The notes under the pieces are model-generated. The model saw only the letters and a list, made by a program, of their open reading frames with translations, did no database searches and was not told the DNA's origin. Below, one piece after another: positions 27,529 through 37,546 of a stretch of DNA of 64,000 nt. The stretch is from IMG/VR virus record IMGVR_UViG_3300023435_000009; one strand, given 5' to 3'. The stretch is from a virus. Its lineage: Duplodnaviria; Caudoviricetes. A program made the translations under genes and the position numbers. The first letter of the stretch is position 1. The number at the start of each line of letters is the position of its first letter.

Positions 27529-28308
27529 TCAGATCACCTGCTGTACGATCTGGACAACCTCGTCGGTTGCAATGAAGCCATTTTCCGCTGCCATGATTTT
27601 CGCCACCCCGCCTGCAGCGAGAATGAAGCCTGTACCCGGCTCCAGGACATAGCTGACGTAGCGGCTGACCGGGAGCATTGACCGCAGGGTGTTCTTGGCG
27701 ATGGTTTTGGGTTTGCTGTTGGGCTCCGGGATTGGACCATTTGGGGCAGGTTCCAGCACCTTGGAATGTGTCTTGAGAGCGTGGAGATAAATGGTTCCCG
27801 GCAAGGCGGCACGGGGTTCTCCCGTACAGTTCCGGCAGTGGCACATCCGGTAGGCTCCATTCCTGTCCCGTGTTCCCTTTACGCAATGATAGACCTTGCT
27901 CCCCCGGACGGTCTCCCCGTCAACCACCAGCGGTTCGAATACGTGACTGTTGGTTGCGGTGCTGTCCGAGGTGTTGTTCCCGGCGAGGCTCCTCTCGAAG
28001 GAGGCAATCAACTCGCCCCGTGCCTGCTCAACGTCCGCTACCGTGATTGTGTGGCCCTCGGCTGCGGCCTTGGTGATCATGTCCGTGGCCCACACGTCCG
28101 GGAGGACATTCAGACTGCGCTGCACGAGGCGATCATAGTGGAACCCCGTAATGAGTGTAACCCAAACCCTTTCATCTCCGTACACGAGACCGCCCCGGAC
28201 CGTTCCCTTTTTTGTGATCTGCAATCCGGTGAAACCAGCGTGAGCCTTTTCGAGCATGACGGCGAGCAGTTTGCTGTTGGCGTTGGTTTTCATCTCGTTC
28301 TCCTTCAG
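27529..28308 (-). CDS. hypothetical protein, paralog of 24657-25475
   Basis: see paralog; extra CHCRNC insert; start uncertain (28308 or 28287). Confidence 0.75.
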   Translation of the reverse strand: MKENEMKTNANSKLLAVMLEKAHAGFTGLQITKKGTVRGGLVYGDERVWVTLITGFHYDRLVQRSLNVLPDVWATDMITKAAAEGHTITVADVEQARGELIASFERSLAGNNTSDSTATNSHVFEPLVVDGETVRGSKVYHCVKGTRDRNGAYRMCHCRNCTGEPRAALPGTIYLHALKTHSKVLEPAPNGPIPEPNSKPKTIAKNTLRSMLPVSRYVSYVLEPGTGFILAAGGVAKIMAAENGFIATDEVVQIVQQVI

Positions 28309-28330
28309 GGTCATTTGCCCCTCACCTCTA

Positions 28331-28358
28331 CTACTCTGGGGTCGGAGGAGATGATCCC
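28331..28358 (-). promoter_or_regulatory. conserved bipartite motif (putative phage promoter)
   Basis: GGGATCATCT-N12-GAGTAG. Confidence 0.8.
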
Positions 28359-28457
28359 AAAAGGACACCCGGCCCCGTTTTCCCTTCAATAGTGCCCCTC
28401 CAGTAGAGGTTCAAACGCCGCTCGACGCTTAGACTGCTGGAGGCACTGGGGTGTGGC

Positions 28458-28982
28458 ATGGCCGAGTTAGAACGAGAGGTGCTGTTCCAGGAGTTGCGAA
28501 CGCTATCCGATGCATTGGATACGGCGTTGCCCGAGGACGAATTGTCCTTCAACCTCCATGGGATGACTATCTCAGCGGCTTTCTGCAACGGACACGTCAT
28601 GCTTCTGTTGTGGGACTACAAGGGGGTAGAGCCTACCACCTTCCCCAAGCACGTACACAAGGACGTAATCGAAACCATTGGACTTCTGAGGGGTGGGAAA
28701 TTCATCTGTAAAACCGAGGAGGGGACCACTGTGTTGTCCCGACCTGGGGACAGCCTCATTGTCCGTGCCAACACTCCCCACGAGGTGCTCTGTAAACCTG
28801 AGGATGGCCCTTGTTCTGGTTGGGTTCTTCTCGCACCCCCCGAGCAAAACTTTGTGCTACGAGAGGAGGAAAAGGGTTCCAAAGAGCCACGGTTCTGTCT
28901 CCTACACCGATCTGGTCGTTGCGCTGCTTCTGCTTCTGTCGCTGTTGACTGCGTCAAACTCAAGCTAATACCCGTGGAGTAG
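28458..28982 (+). CDS. cupin-domain protein
   Basis: FPKHVHKDVIETI and PGDSLIVRANTPHEV cupin motifs. Confidence 0.75.
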   Translation: MAELEREVLFQELRTLSDALDTALPEDELSFNLHGMTISAAFCNGHVMLLLWDYKGVEPTTFPKHVHKDVIETIGLLRGGKFICKTEEGTTVLSRPGDSLIVRANTPHEVLCKPEDGPCSGWVLLAPPEQNFVLREEEKGSKEPRFCLLHRSGRCAASASVAVDCVKLKLIPVE

Positions 28983-29438
28983 ATGATGACTGGCACACCC
29001 CCCATTGATGCGGATCGTACCTTCTGGAAATGGCAAGGACAAGTGACCCAAGCTCTAGAACACCTGAAGGAGTCGGTTGAGAAGATAGAGACTGACAGGA
29101 CCACCAGCCGAGACTACAAGTCTCTCTGCGATAAGGTCACGAGACTACAGAAGACCGTGGACGACATCCCTGGTGCCGTCCAGAAGGCCGTCACCGATGC
29201 ATACCAGAAGGCCGAGACCTCATTTAACCAACGGATCGAGGACATCGGTCTGTTGGACCTTCGCATCAAGACGGACACAGCAGTGACCGACATTGCGACT
29301 CTGAAGGAAGCAACGGGTACCCTGAAGAAGACGGCCATGCGTTATGGTTTGATCGGGGGGGGTGGCACGGCAGTGCTTACGATACTGGCGGCGCTGATCT
29401 ACTTCTTACTCACGGGCGAGACACCACCCGGCAAATAG
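28983..29438 (+). CDS. coiled-coil protein with C-terminal transmembrane helix
   Basis: heptad-like N-terminal region; GLIGGGGTAVLTILAALIYFLL. Confidence 0.6.
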   Translation: MMTGTPPIDADRTFWKWQGQVTQALEHLKESVEKIETDRTTSRDYKSLCDKVTRLQKTVDDIPGAVQKAVTDAYQKAETSFNQRIEDIGLLDLRIKTDTAVTDIATLKEATGTLKKTAMRYGLIGGGGTAVLTILAALIYFLLTGETPPGK

Positions 29439-29523
29439 ACCTACCAGCCGCCGCTAATCACGTTCCTTCTACTCCGTATTGTCCTTTCACCGTCTCTCCC
29501 AAAGTCAGCGATGATCGATTGGT

Positions 29524-29550
29524 GGATCATCGCTGGGCCGGACAGAGTAG
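29524..29550 (+). promoter_or_regulatory. conserved bipartite motif (putative phage promoter)
   Basis: GGATCATCG-N12-GAGTAG; the upstream box lies in an 11-bp inverted repeat (29506-29535). Confidence 0.75.
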
Positions 29551-29601
29551 ATGGTGTGTTGACAACGGGGATCCCCTGGGGAACCTAAAGGCGGTGGCAT
29601 C

Positions 29602-30099
29602 ATGAACGCTGAGTACACCGAGGAACAGATCCGGGCAATGGTCGAAGGGCAGGACAAGCTCAACAAACTGGCCCAGGACTATTTCTGGGATCGGTATCAC
29701 GCCGACCCCAGGTTCCGCTGCCTCGAATGGGATGAGGATGATGCGGCGAAGGATGAGGAGGACTACGAAGGGAGAGAGTTCCTCCATACTCCCTCCATCA
29801 ACAACATCAACTTCTATGCGGACACGGTCTTCATTTACTGCGAGGCCAGGGCTTGCGGGTGTGGCTGCTGCGGTTACGACAACCACACCTTCGAGTTCCC
29901 CCTGTCCTACCTCTGGCAGGACCAGATGGAAGTCTTGGTGGACATGGCTCGGCGGCAGAAGGAGGCCGAGGAGCGTCGCAAAAAGGAACTGGAAGCGGCG
30001 GAGGAACGTCGCCGGAAGGAACGGGAGAAGGCCGAACGCAAACAGCTTCAGGAGCTTGCCAAGAAGCACCCCGACGTGCTCGACGGGAGCACCCCGTGA
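29602..30099 (+). CDS. hypothetical protein, paralog of 30096-30389
   Basis: YTEEQIRAM...HTFEFPLSYLW; charged C-terminal tail. Confidence 0.65.
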   Translation: MNAEYTEEQIRAMVEGQDKLNKLAQDYFWDRYHADPRFRCLEWDEDDAAKDEEDYEGREFLHTPSINNINFYADTVFIYCEARACGCGCCGYDNHTFEFPLSYLWQDQMEVLVDMARRQKEAEERRKKELEAAEERRRKEREKAERKQLQELAKKHPDVLDGSTP

Positions 30100-30389
30100 G
30101 CGGGTACACGAAGGCCCAGGTCGAAGCGATGCTGGAGGCATCGGCATCGCTTCAGGTCCTGGCCGAAAAGCGTTTCTGGGCACGGTGGGACAACGACCGG
30201 GAATTCAGGAAGGGAGCGGTTTACCGTCCCGAGGTCGATCACATCACCTTCGAGGATGGCGAGGTTCACGTCCACTGCCTGATGCGCCTCGCCATGTGCT
30301 CGGACTATGACCATGATACTTTCAGCTTCCCTGTGGGAAATCTGTGGGAAACGGAGACGGACAACGACGACGAAGAGGACAGTGCCTAG
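30096..30389 (+). CDS. hypothetical protein, paralog of 29602-30099
   Basis: GTG start overlapping the upstream stop; YTKAQVEAM...DTFSFPVGNLW. Confidence 0.6.
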   Translation: MSGYTKAQVEAMLEASASLQVLAEKRFWARWDNDREFRKGAVYRPEVDHITFEDGEVHVHCLMRLAMCSDYDHDTFSFPVGNLWETETDNDDEEDSA

Positions 30390-30707
30390 AACTGAGGCTC
30401 TTCATCCATCGTCGGTGCCGGACCCCTGCCGCTGTTGAGCGTCAGGATCAGTGCCGTGTCATCGAAGGTCACCTGGAGCTTGCGCTGCTGGTTGGCCATC
30501 TGGAATTTGCGCCAGAGCGTGGAGGCGTTCCCGCCGCTTCGCATCCCAACCCGCAGGGTCATGGAACCGTCAGGGGTCTTCTTCAGATCCCCGATCATCT
30601 TCCAGATCTTGTCTGCGACGGCTTCCTTCAGGATAGGAACGAGATGGGCACGGATGCCATCGGGGTTCGCTTTGGCGAGTTTCAGGATCTCTTTGCGTAG
30701 GCTCATA
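30386..30707 (-). CDS. hypothetical protein
   Basis: MSLRKEILKLAKANPDGIRAHLVPILKEA N-terminus; GGAGG RBS. Confidence 0.6.
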
Positions 30708-31115
30708 AGGCCACCTCCATTTCTACAATGAGGTGGCCTTATAGCCAGCCTAACGAGAAGAGACTCGGGTGGGCTAACGAGGACCTGTCTCCGGTGTGAA
30801 GCCCTGCATGACGGGGATGCACCCGAGGTCGGGGTGGGGCCATCCTTTGAGGCACGTCCCCGTATCCATGTCATAGATGATGTCGGCACCGTGCGCCAGG
30901 GAGATTGACCAGGGAACATCCATCAGCGTGACGGGCGTGGCGTGTCCCTCCCGTGGGGGCACCTTCCACCATTTGCCTTTGATCAGGATTGCGAACATGA
31001 CGGCTCCTTTTCTTTGTGGAGGACTTCCCACTCCAACGTTTCGATCTGTTCCTGGAGTTTGAAATACCGGGCTGTCCACTTTGGACTACCCCGTTTGGAT
31101 CCAAGGAAGCATCGA

Positions 31116-31496
31116 TCAGCCCAAGTAGCTGCCGAGATACCATTTCGGGGTCAGGTCGACCGGCTTGTCAAACACCAGGTCCATCTCGCTGAGGCAATGG
31201 TCCTGGCAAAAACGGATGAGCACCTCGGTTTCTTCCTGGGTCACCGTCAAGGCTGAGGGGTCGAATGCCTGGGGGTATCCCCGGTTCGCAATCAGACTTG
31301 TGGAAGGTGTGGAAGGAACGGCAATGACGTAGTGGGGGTACTCAGCACTGCACACGTTAACGAACTCCACGGGCAGAGGCCCGCCCGGACCGTGCTCCTC
31401 CCACCACTCCTCTTCCTCGTCATTTTCCCAGGGGAAGGGATGGTCCTCGGGGAACAATATCCCGAAACAGATGTGGCCGTCTGTAGACATACCCAT
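31116..31496 (-). CDS. hypothetical protein
   Basis: co-oriented small ORF. Confidence 0.55.
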   Translation of the reverse strand: MGMSTDGHICFGILFPEDHPFPWENDEEEEWWEEHGPGGPLPVEFVNVCSAEYPHYVIAVPSTPSTSLIANRGYPQAFDPSALTVTQEETEVLIRFCQDHCLSEMDLVFDKPVDLTPKWYLGSYLG

Positions 31497-31497
31497 G

Positions 31498-31668
31498 TTA
31501 ATTCTCCGTCAGCAAAAGGTTTACACACCGCAGCTCATCCTGAGTCAAAGCCACCCCAACGTTGTAGTCGATGAGGCCCTCCAGGAGAAGCTGTTTCATC
31601 TTGGCTGGGTCGTCCGGGAGGATGTCCACGTCACCGGGAGTCTCGAAGGAGATGAAAACGGCCCTCAC
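31498..31668 (-). CDS. small hypothetical protein absent from the ORF track
   Basis: GTG-start 56-aa ORF (MRAVFISFETPGDVDILPDDPAKMKQLLLEGLIDY...) filling the gap in a minus-strand operon. Confidence 0.5.
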   Translation of the reverse strand: MRAVFISFETPGDVDILPDDPAKMKQLLLEGLIDYNVGVALTQDELRCVNLLLTEN

Positions 31669-31854
31669 GTCAACACTCCGTCAGGAGGGCGTCTATCAAC
31701 TCCGGGTGTTGTTTCCGAAGCTGTGGGAAATCCTCCACCTGATTGTCACGGGTTTCCGCCAAAGCGGAAAGGAGAAGCTGCCTCATCGCAGCGAGGTTCT
31801 CGGACGTGGTCTCGATGCCCTCAGGCACGTTGAAGTTCAGGGAGACGGTTTTCA

Positions 31855-32526
31855 TCACCGGGGTGCGTCCATCGCTGCGTCTACCGCTGCGTTCACCTTG
31901 GAGTGGACCGATGCCCACTCGTATGCCTCGTCTTCGGTGACCTTCCGCCCGAGTTCTCCAAACAGGTAGATCAGCATCCGGTTGAGGCTGCACTTTTGGG
32001 TGCGTATGTGAGCAGCGGACGCTTCACCATCACAGGTGAGGCGTTCCCCGGACAGGCCATCGTAGCACTCGGTGATGTTCTCCAGGATCTCGTGCTCGGA
32101 ACGATCACCCTTGACCAGTTCGAGGTTGTCGACATCGCTGTTGCGATCGCCTTTGCACGTCAGGATGTTGTAACCCCGCCCCGTGGTGTACCAACTGACG
32201 ATCCCGTGGACTTTGCCATATAGTGTTGTCAGATGTACTCGGTCCTTCACGTTGAAGTCCAAACCTTTGGGGTAGTCCAGCACCGGCCTGTCCGCTGCGG
32301 TTTTCCGCTTGGGTTCTCGCTGTTGCGTGTCCGTCAGCCCGAAGAAGGCGTAGCCGTTGATCGATGCCTTCCCTGTAATGACGGAGGCGACCTTGGAGAG
32401 GGAGCCATAAGACGACCCGTCATAAATGAAGTGGTCCTCCAGCACCTGAACCAGGACGTTGGCCCCCTTGAAATCCCTGGTGAGGAAGACACCAGCCGCT
32501 GGGAGCCTGGGGTCACGGGCCTTCAT
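31855..32526 (-). CDS. DUF2924-like domain protein
   Basis: RLPAAGVFLTRDFKG..VLVQV...YGSLSKVASVITG...NGYAFFGL. Confidence 0.75.
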   Translation of the reverse strand: MKARDPRLPAAGVFLTRDFKGANVLVQVLEDHFIYDGSSYGSLSKVASVITGKASINGYAFFGLTDTQQREPKRKTAADRPVLDYPKGLDFNVKDRVHLTTLYGKVHGIVSWYTTGRGYNILTCKGDRNSDVDNLELVKGDRSEHEILENITECYDGLSGERLTCDGEASAAHIRTQKCSLNRMLIYLFGELGRKVTEDEAYEWASVHSKVNAAVDAAMDAPR

Positions 32527-32901
32527 ACTGCCACCCGGTTCAACACATGCATCGGGAACTTGAACTGTTTGCCATCGTCACGGGTGGCGGACACGGGGAA
32601 CTTGGGGCGTCGGGTGCTCAGGCCCACCACCGTGTAGGTGCGTTGCCCCTGTTTGAAGGTTTTGCCGAAACTGTCGGTGGGGACACCCAACATCTGAGCC
32701 GTGCGGGCGAAGGCAGCGGGAACGGCATCGGAGGCACCATCAGCGTGGGCCGTCATCTCCTGGAACTCGAACTTCACGGTAAGCGTGTCCTCACCGTACC
32801 GTCCGCCCCGATAGATGATCTGTATCCCAAGGGCTGCCGCCAGTTCGCTCATCGCTTCCTTCGCTTTCTCCACGATCTGATTCACTTGCGGTTTATCCAT
32901 C
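32523..32901 (-). CDS. hypothetical protein
   Basis: AGGAGG RBS before MDKPQVNQ; follows the motif at 32944. Confidence 0.6.
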
Positions 32902-32943
32902 GTGCCCTCCTGTAGTGGGGTCATTTGCCCCCGTTCACACTGA

Positions 32944-32971
32944 CTACTCCGCCACCCGGCGAGATGATCCC
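32944..32971 (-). promoter_or_regulatory. conserved bipartite motif, left member of a divergent pair
   Basis: GGGATCATCT-N12-GAGTAG. Confidence 0.8.
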
Positions 32972-32982
32972 GCAATGTTACA

Positions 32983-33010
32983 GGGATCATCTGGCGGGCG
33001 TCCAGAGTAG
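32983..33010 (+). promoter_or_regulatory. conserved bipartite motif, right member of a divergent pair
   Basis: GGGATCATCT-N12-GAGTAG, 11 nt from the opposite copy. Confidence 0.8.
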
Positions 33011-33029
33011 CTGAAGTGAGGAGGGCGTA

Positions 33030-33485
33030 ATGGAGGAACAAATCCGCTACTGCAACATCGGTTACGACCTTGACGGAGGGGGTTATTCCTTTGAGCCACC
33101 CCCTGAAGCTCTCGGGAACCTCGGTGTCGTAGTCTGGGAGGATCCGGACACAGACTACATCCCATGGGTCGTCGGGGATGACGATCATCACAGCCGCCGG
33201 GAGTTCTTCGGACTGTCAGCCCCCCTGTATGCCTTTGCCCCCAACAGTGGTCATTTCCAGCGCACGGTGTGGCCATCCAAGTACAAGGTCGGTGAGGACA
33301 CCTTCTACCTTGTACGAGATGGCACCGTGAACGAAAGTGAACGGGAATGTTCCTGTGAGGGGGACGAAGTTGACTGTGACCGTTGTGATGGTGAGGGCTA
33401 CGTCACCTCCCCTGGGGGAGAGTGGGCACTTTACGCCCTGCAGGCGGACACCAATCCAATAACAGGAACGCATAAGGAGAGTTGA
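33030..33485 (+). CDS. hypothetical protein
   Basis: GAGGAGG RBS; CSCEG..CDRCDG Zn-like motif. Confidence 0.6.
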   Translation: MEEQIRYCNIGYDLDGGGYSFEPPPEALGNLGVVVWEDPDTDYIPWVVGDDDHHSRREFFGLSAPLYAFAPNSGHFQRTVWPSKYKVGEDTFYLVRDGTVNESERECSCEGDEVDCDRCDGEGYVTSPGGEWALYALQADTNPITGTHKES

Positions 33486-33702
33486 CGATGGCAACCGCCT
33501 ACAACTGGTATGTGCAGCGAAAGTTCGGGGACAAATGGGGTTCTTACGAGTTGGACTGGCAGGGGGAAGCTCGGTTCAAGCTCACCCCGGAAGAGATTCG
33601 CTCGGTGCAGGAGGGGACGCCTCTCGTAAAGGGAGACATCCGATTCACGGCTGACCCCGTCGAGGTTCCTGACAGCTTCCTGAAGGTCTCGAAGGAACCG
33701 AC

Positions 33703-33990
33703 ATGAGCATTCACTTCATCGATCAGGGCACCCCCGAGTGGGACTACGCCTGGGACCAGTTGGCGACAGCGGACATCAACCTGGGCCAAGCGGATCCCAT
33801 TGCCTGCGAGCACCCCGAGTGTGGTGAAATCTGGCAGTACATGGGAACCGTGTACGAGAACGTGCAGGGTATCCCGGCAACAGCATGGCACCAGTTCCGG
33901 CACCGGATGCACCCGAAGACCAGGCAACGGGAAATCCGCTCAGTTTTGGCCCGTCCCGGCTGGGGGGCCTCCGTGAAGAAGACAGGATGA
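33703..33990 (+). CDS. hypothetical protein
   Basis: overlapping start/stop operon organisation; WQYMGT...HQFRHRMHP. Confidence 0.6.
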   Translation: MSIHFIDQGTPEWDYAWDQLATADINLGQADPIACEHPECGEIWQYMGTVYENVQGIPATAWHQFRHRMHPKTRQREIRSVLARPGWGASVKKTG

Positions 33991-34562
33991 ACCCCGACAC
34001 CCTATGTTTCCTGGACATCGATGGAGTGTTAAACCGCACCTCCTGGTTCAAGAAAGCGAAACGGTTGAACCTCGGACGGGACCATCTCGACCCGGTCCTA
34101 TGCCGCAGGCTCCAGCGAGTGTTGGCCCCTGTGGACGCTGCTGTGGTGATCTCCTCTACCTGGAGGCACCTGTGGCACATGAACGAACTGGTCGATATGC
34201 TGGGTGACAAGGGTCTCACAGCACCCATCATCGGACGGACTCCTGTCATCCATCTAGATGATGCTGAACTTCACAGGACTGCCGGGCGTGGGATGGAGAT
34301 CCAGTGGTTCCTCCGCACCTATCACCCGGAACCGGAAACGCTGAAGATCGCTATCCTGGATGATAACTCGGACATGGGGCAGCTTCGTTCCCGCTTGGTA
34401 CAGCCTGACACCTTCAAGGGGTTGACCTATGCGGACGCACGATCCCTTAAGGAAATGTTGGCCACGTCCCTGGGGCCGATGGAGTGGGCACCGGATGCCC
34501 TCCAGTACGAAGTTGGCACACGGGCGGTCCCCTGCTGCATCGCTGACTGGTCCCTGATTTAG
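33987..34562 (+). CDS. HAD-superfamily phosphatase, RNA-repair-associated type
   Basis: FLDIDGVLN, VVISSTWR, RGMEIQWFL, ILDD motifs. Confidence 0.85.
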   Translation: MNPDTLCFLDIDGVLNRTSWFKKAKRLNLGRDHLDPVLCRRLQRVLAPVDAAVVISSTWRHLWHMNELVDMLGDKGLTAPIIGRTPVIHLDDAELHRTAGRGMEIQWFLRTYHPEPETLKIAILDDNSDMGQLRSRLVQPDTFKGLTYADARSLKEMLATSLGPMEWAPDALQYEVGTRAVPCCIADWSLI

Positions 34563-34605
34563 TGAACGCTTTGAGGACGCAATGAGGACACGGAGCCAAA
34601 AGAAA

Positions 34606-34632
34606 GGATCATCTCCAGGACCGTTGGAGTAG
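34606..34632 (+). promoter_or_regulatory. conserved bipartite motif (putative phage promoter)
   Basis: GGATCATCT-N12-GAGTAG. Confidence 0.78.
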
Positions 34633-34693
34633 ACAAGGTAGCAGTTGCACTCGCTGAGGGTGCATGGATTGAAACCAAATGAGGAGGCACCAA

Positions 34694-35566
34694 ATGAGTG
34701 CAATCGAGATCGAAGACACCCGCAACGCCGACGCCATCGCCAACTCCCCCGACTGGAAGACCGCAGTGGAGGACCTTCTTGCCCTCTGGGCGGAAGCAGG
34801 TCGTTGCTACTCCAGCGGTGAGGTCACCGCAGTCCTGCGGGTCCATCGTTCGGACTTCGCTTTCAGGACCACCATCCTCGGTTCCTACCTGCGTGACCTG
34901 TTCTACGGGGACACCCTCCCGCAGTACGGGAACGGCAACGGTCCCTGCTCCCCGGTGCAGCGCAGCCGCTTCACGGTGGGCCTGTATCCGGACCGGACCG
35001 AGCCGGGTGTCGAGGTGTTCGTGTACGGACCGAACACCGATGCCTGCGACGCCCACGAGTTCGAGATCTTTGTCCCCCGCTGGGACCAGGGACGGATGGA
35101 GACGATGGCGGACGCCCCTCCCCCTTCCCTGACCACGACCAGCGCCGCCAGCGCACCCGGTACCCTTGCCCACGCCAACGCCCAGGCAGCGTACACGAAG
35201 AACGTGGTCATCGCCGGAGCGGCCTCCAAGCTCAAGGCAGACGACTACGTCGCCTCCGTGCGGACCGAGACCCGCCAGGAACCCCGGATGCACCTGGGGC
35301 GGGGGATCTTCGAGGCCCTCTGCCACATGAGCGGGACCAGCATCCGGGCAGGCCAGCCGGTGTTCGTCCAGGTGGAGACCGACAGCAATGTCATTGTCAC
35401 CCTGACGGATCCCGGCATCGGGGCCAAGGCGTGCAACATCTCCTCGGAAAAAGGCTGTGTACTGTTCTCCAGCGGCGACAAGGCCAACCCCTTCCCCTGC
35501 GGGAAGTACTACAAGGTCACGGTCAGCCCGACCGAGATCACGGTGGACCTGTCCCAGGCCGTGTAA
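34694..35566 (+). CDS. hypothetical protein (GC-rich)
   Basis: GAGGAGG RBS, long ORF. Confidence 0.7.
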   Translation: MSAIEIEDTRNADAIANSPDWKTAVEDLLALWAEAGRCYSSGEVTAVLRVHRSDFAFRTTILGSYLRDLFYGDTLPQYGNGNGPCSPVQRSRFTVGLYPDRTEPGVEVFVYGPNTDACDAHEFEIFVPRWDQGRMETMADAPPPSLTTTSAASAPGTLAHANAQAAYTKNVVIAGAASKLKADDYVASVRTETRQEPRMHLGRGIFEALCHMSGTSIRAGQPVFVQVETDSNVIVTLTDPGIGAKACNISSEKGCVLFSSGDKANPFPCGKYYKVTVSPTEITVDLSQAV

Positions 35567-35613
35567 CGACCGACCACCCGACTCGGAGCAATCCGGGTCG
35601 GGTAGGGTAAGGC

Positions 35614-36024
35614 ATGGCGAAGACCCCTCCTACTCCCAGGCCCGTCACTCCTACAGCCCTCCGAACGGCCTGTGAGAAAGCCTTCCCCGGTGTTGACATA
35701 CATGTGACCGAAAGTGCTGGGGTGGTGTGGGTGGCCTTCTGGGTCTGGAACTTCGAGGTCATCTTCACCGTGGTCACGGCCAAGATGCATCACAAGGACA
35801 AGGTGGGCACAGGACGCAATGAGGTGCGCTTCCGGTGGGTTGACCAGCGGGGGCACCAGCCCATCCGTGCCCTTCAGGACATCAATGATATGAGAGGCAT
35901 AGAGGAGGCCCTACGGTGGCTCCAGGAATACGTCAACGGCGTCGCCGCTGCCATCGCAATGTCACAGGTTGACCCGTTCGATCATCCTTCAGGTTTGCTG
36001 GGTGGGATTACTGATATCCCCTAG
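35614..36024 (+). CDS. hypothetical protein
   Basis: co-oriented ORF. Confidence 0.55.
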   Translation: MAKTPPTPRPVTPTALRTACEKAFPGVDIHVTESAGVVWVAFWVWNFEVIFTVVTAKMHHKDKVGTGRNEVRFRWVDQRGHQPIRALQDINDMRGIEEALRWLQEYVNGVAAAIAMSQVDPFDHPSGLLGGITDIP

Positions 36025-36801
36025 CCGGTGCCTTTTGTTGCTTTTCAGTGCCTGTTCTAGGATGGACAGTTGGACACCGTTGGCGAAGGCGAACTCCACC
36101 AGGGCTTCTGAGTCTTTGGGTAGGCAGGCACCCCCGAAACCGAGCTTCCCGTCCGGTCCAGGCACGTCACAGTGCATAGGGTTGATCCAACCTCCCGCCA
36201 GAGCGCCCTGCTTCACCCTGTCAAACGTCACGCCGAGTTTCTGGCACAGGGCATACATCTCGTTCCACCACGCCACCTTGGTAGTGTAGAACGTGTTACG
36301 GGCGTACTTCACCAGTTCGGCCTCCTCCCACGTCATCTGGAGGATCGGTACGTCCGGCCACAGTTCCTGGAAAAGGCCCACAGTGGGCGGCTGTGGGCCT
36401 TCAGTGCCGAGGATTATGCTGGTCGGTGACGCAAAGTCCTGGTCCGCAGTCCGGGCGGTCAGGAACTCAGGGCTGAACACGAGGTTCGGAAGATCAAACT
36501 GGGAGGCCAGCTTGAAACACGTCCCCGGCAACACAGTGCTCTTCAGCACCACGATGCTGCTCGTCCCCTGGAGGTGGCGGAAGGCTTCGTAGACGTGTTT
36601 CAGATCCTGACCTTGTTCCCCAGTCGGGGTTGGGACACAGACGAAGATCAAAGGACACTCTTTGACCGTCCCCATGGCGTAGGTAGATCTGTCCGGGTTG
36701 GTGTCGTGTACCCGGACGATATAGCCTTTGCTTCGTAGGAAAGCGTGGACAGCACCCCCCACGTAACCGTTTCCGATGAGTCCACCCAGAAGCTGTGACA
36801 T
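35989..36801 (-). CDS. UDP-glucose/GDP-mannose dehydrogenase family protein (short form)
   Basis: LIGNGYVG, FVCVPTP, KSTVLPGT, SPEFL, AELVKY, GFGGACLPKD. Confidence 0.9.
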   Translation of the reverse strand: MSQLLGGLIGNGYVGGAVHAFLRSKGYIVRVHDTNPDRSTYAMGTVKECPLIFVCVPTPTGEQGQDLKHVYEAFRHLQGTSSIVVLKSTVLPGTCFKLASQFDLPNLVFSPEFLTARTADQDFASPTSIILGTEGPQPPTVGLFQELWPDVPILQMTWEEAELVKYARNTFYTTKVAWWNEMYALCQKLGVTFDRVKQGALAGGWINPMHCDVPGPDGKLGFGGACLPKDSEALVEFAFANGVQLSILEQALKSNKRHRLGDISNPTQQT

Positions 36802-36820
36802 GGATCCCCCCTTTGCTCTC

Positions 36821-37447
36821 CTACTCCGATGCGGGTGCCACCGGACGGAAGAGGACCCAGTCGTGGAACATCCGAGGCAGCGCTGCTTCGCACTTGTCAC
36901 GGATAGCACTCCGCAGTTCAACGGTGTAGCCCTCCTGCTTAGACGTCGCTTCCAGCGTTTCAAGGCTGAACTCGACTGCCCTGGGATACGTCCAAGTATC
37001 GGTAGCGGTGTCCTTCTCCCCAAGGCGTAAGGATGCCAGGATGAGGCTACCTTCCCGCAAATGAGGCCGGATGTTGTGGAGGAACTCAGGTAACTGGGGT
37101 GCCCCAATGTGCGTCAGTACGGAGTGTGCAAACACGATATCAAAGGTCCGCTCTGCCTCTGATGAGTCGAAATCGGAACAGGTCAGCAGGATGGTGTCCC
37201 GATCCGGGTCCAGGGGGGCCACAGCGCCCGTTACGTCCTCGTTCGGCTCGATTCCGGTGTACCCCCCCTCATTCAGGTAGGGAACCAGCAAACGGGCAAG
37301 GCCGAGGCATCCGGCACCCACCTCCAAAACCGAAGACGAAGGTGTCAGTCCGTGGTCTCTCAGGACTTTGAACTGTAGTTCGGAAGCTACAGCCCACTCC
37401 TTGGGGTTGCCTCCGCCGACATGCACAATGGCCTCATCTATCCTCAT
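36821..37447 (-). CDS. class I SAM-dependent methyltransferase
   Basis: VLEVGAGCLG, YTGIEP, FDIVFAHSVLTH. Confidence 0.85.
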   Translation of the reverse strand: MRIDEAIVHVGGGNPKEWAVASELQFKVLRDHGLTPSSSVLEVGAGCLGLARLLVPYLNEGGYTGIEPNEDVTGAVAPLDPDRDTILLTCSDFDSSEAERTFDIVFAHSVLTHIGAPQLPEFLHNIRPHLREGSLILASLRLGEKDTATDTWTYPRAVEFSLETLEATSKQEGYTVELRSAIRDKCEAALPRMFHDWVLFRPVAPASE

Positions 37448-37546
37448 TTGTTCATCCTTTGTGACTTAGATGTCGCACCCCAAATCCTTCCCGAAGGGGC
37501 GAGGCAGTCACTGTAGGGGTTTGGATCCCATTGAGGTTTGATCATC

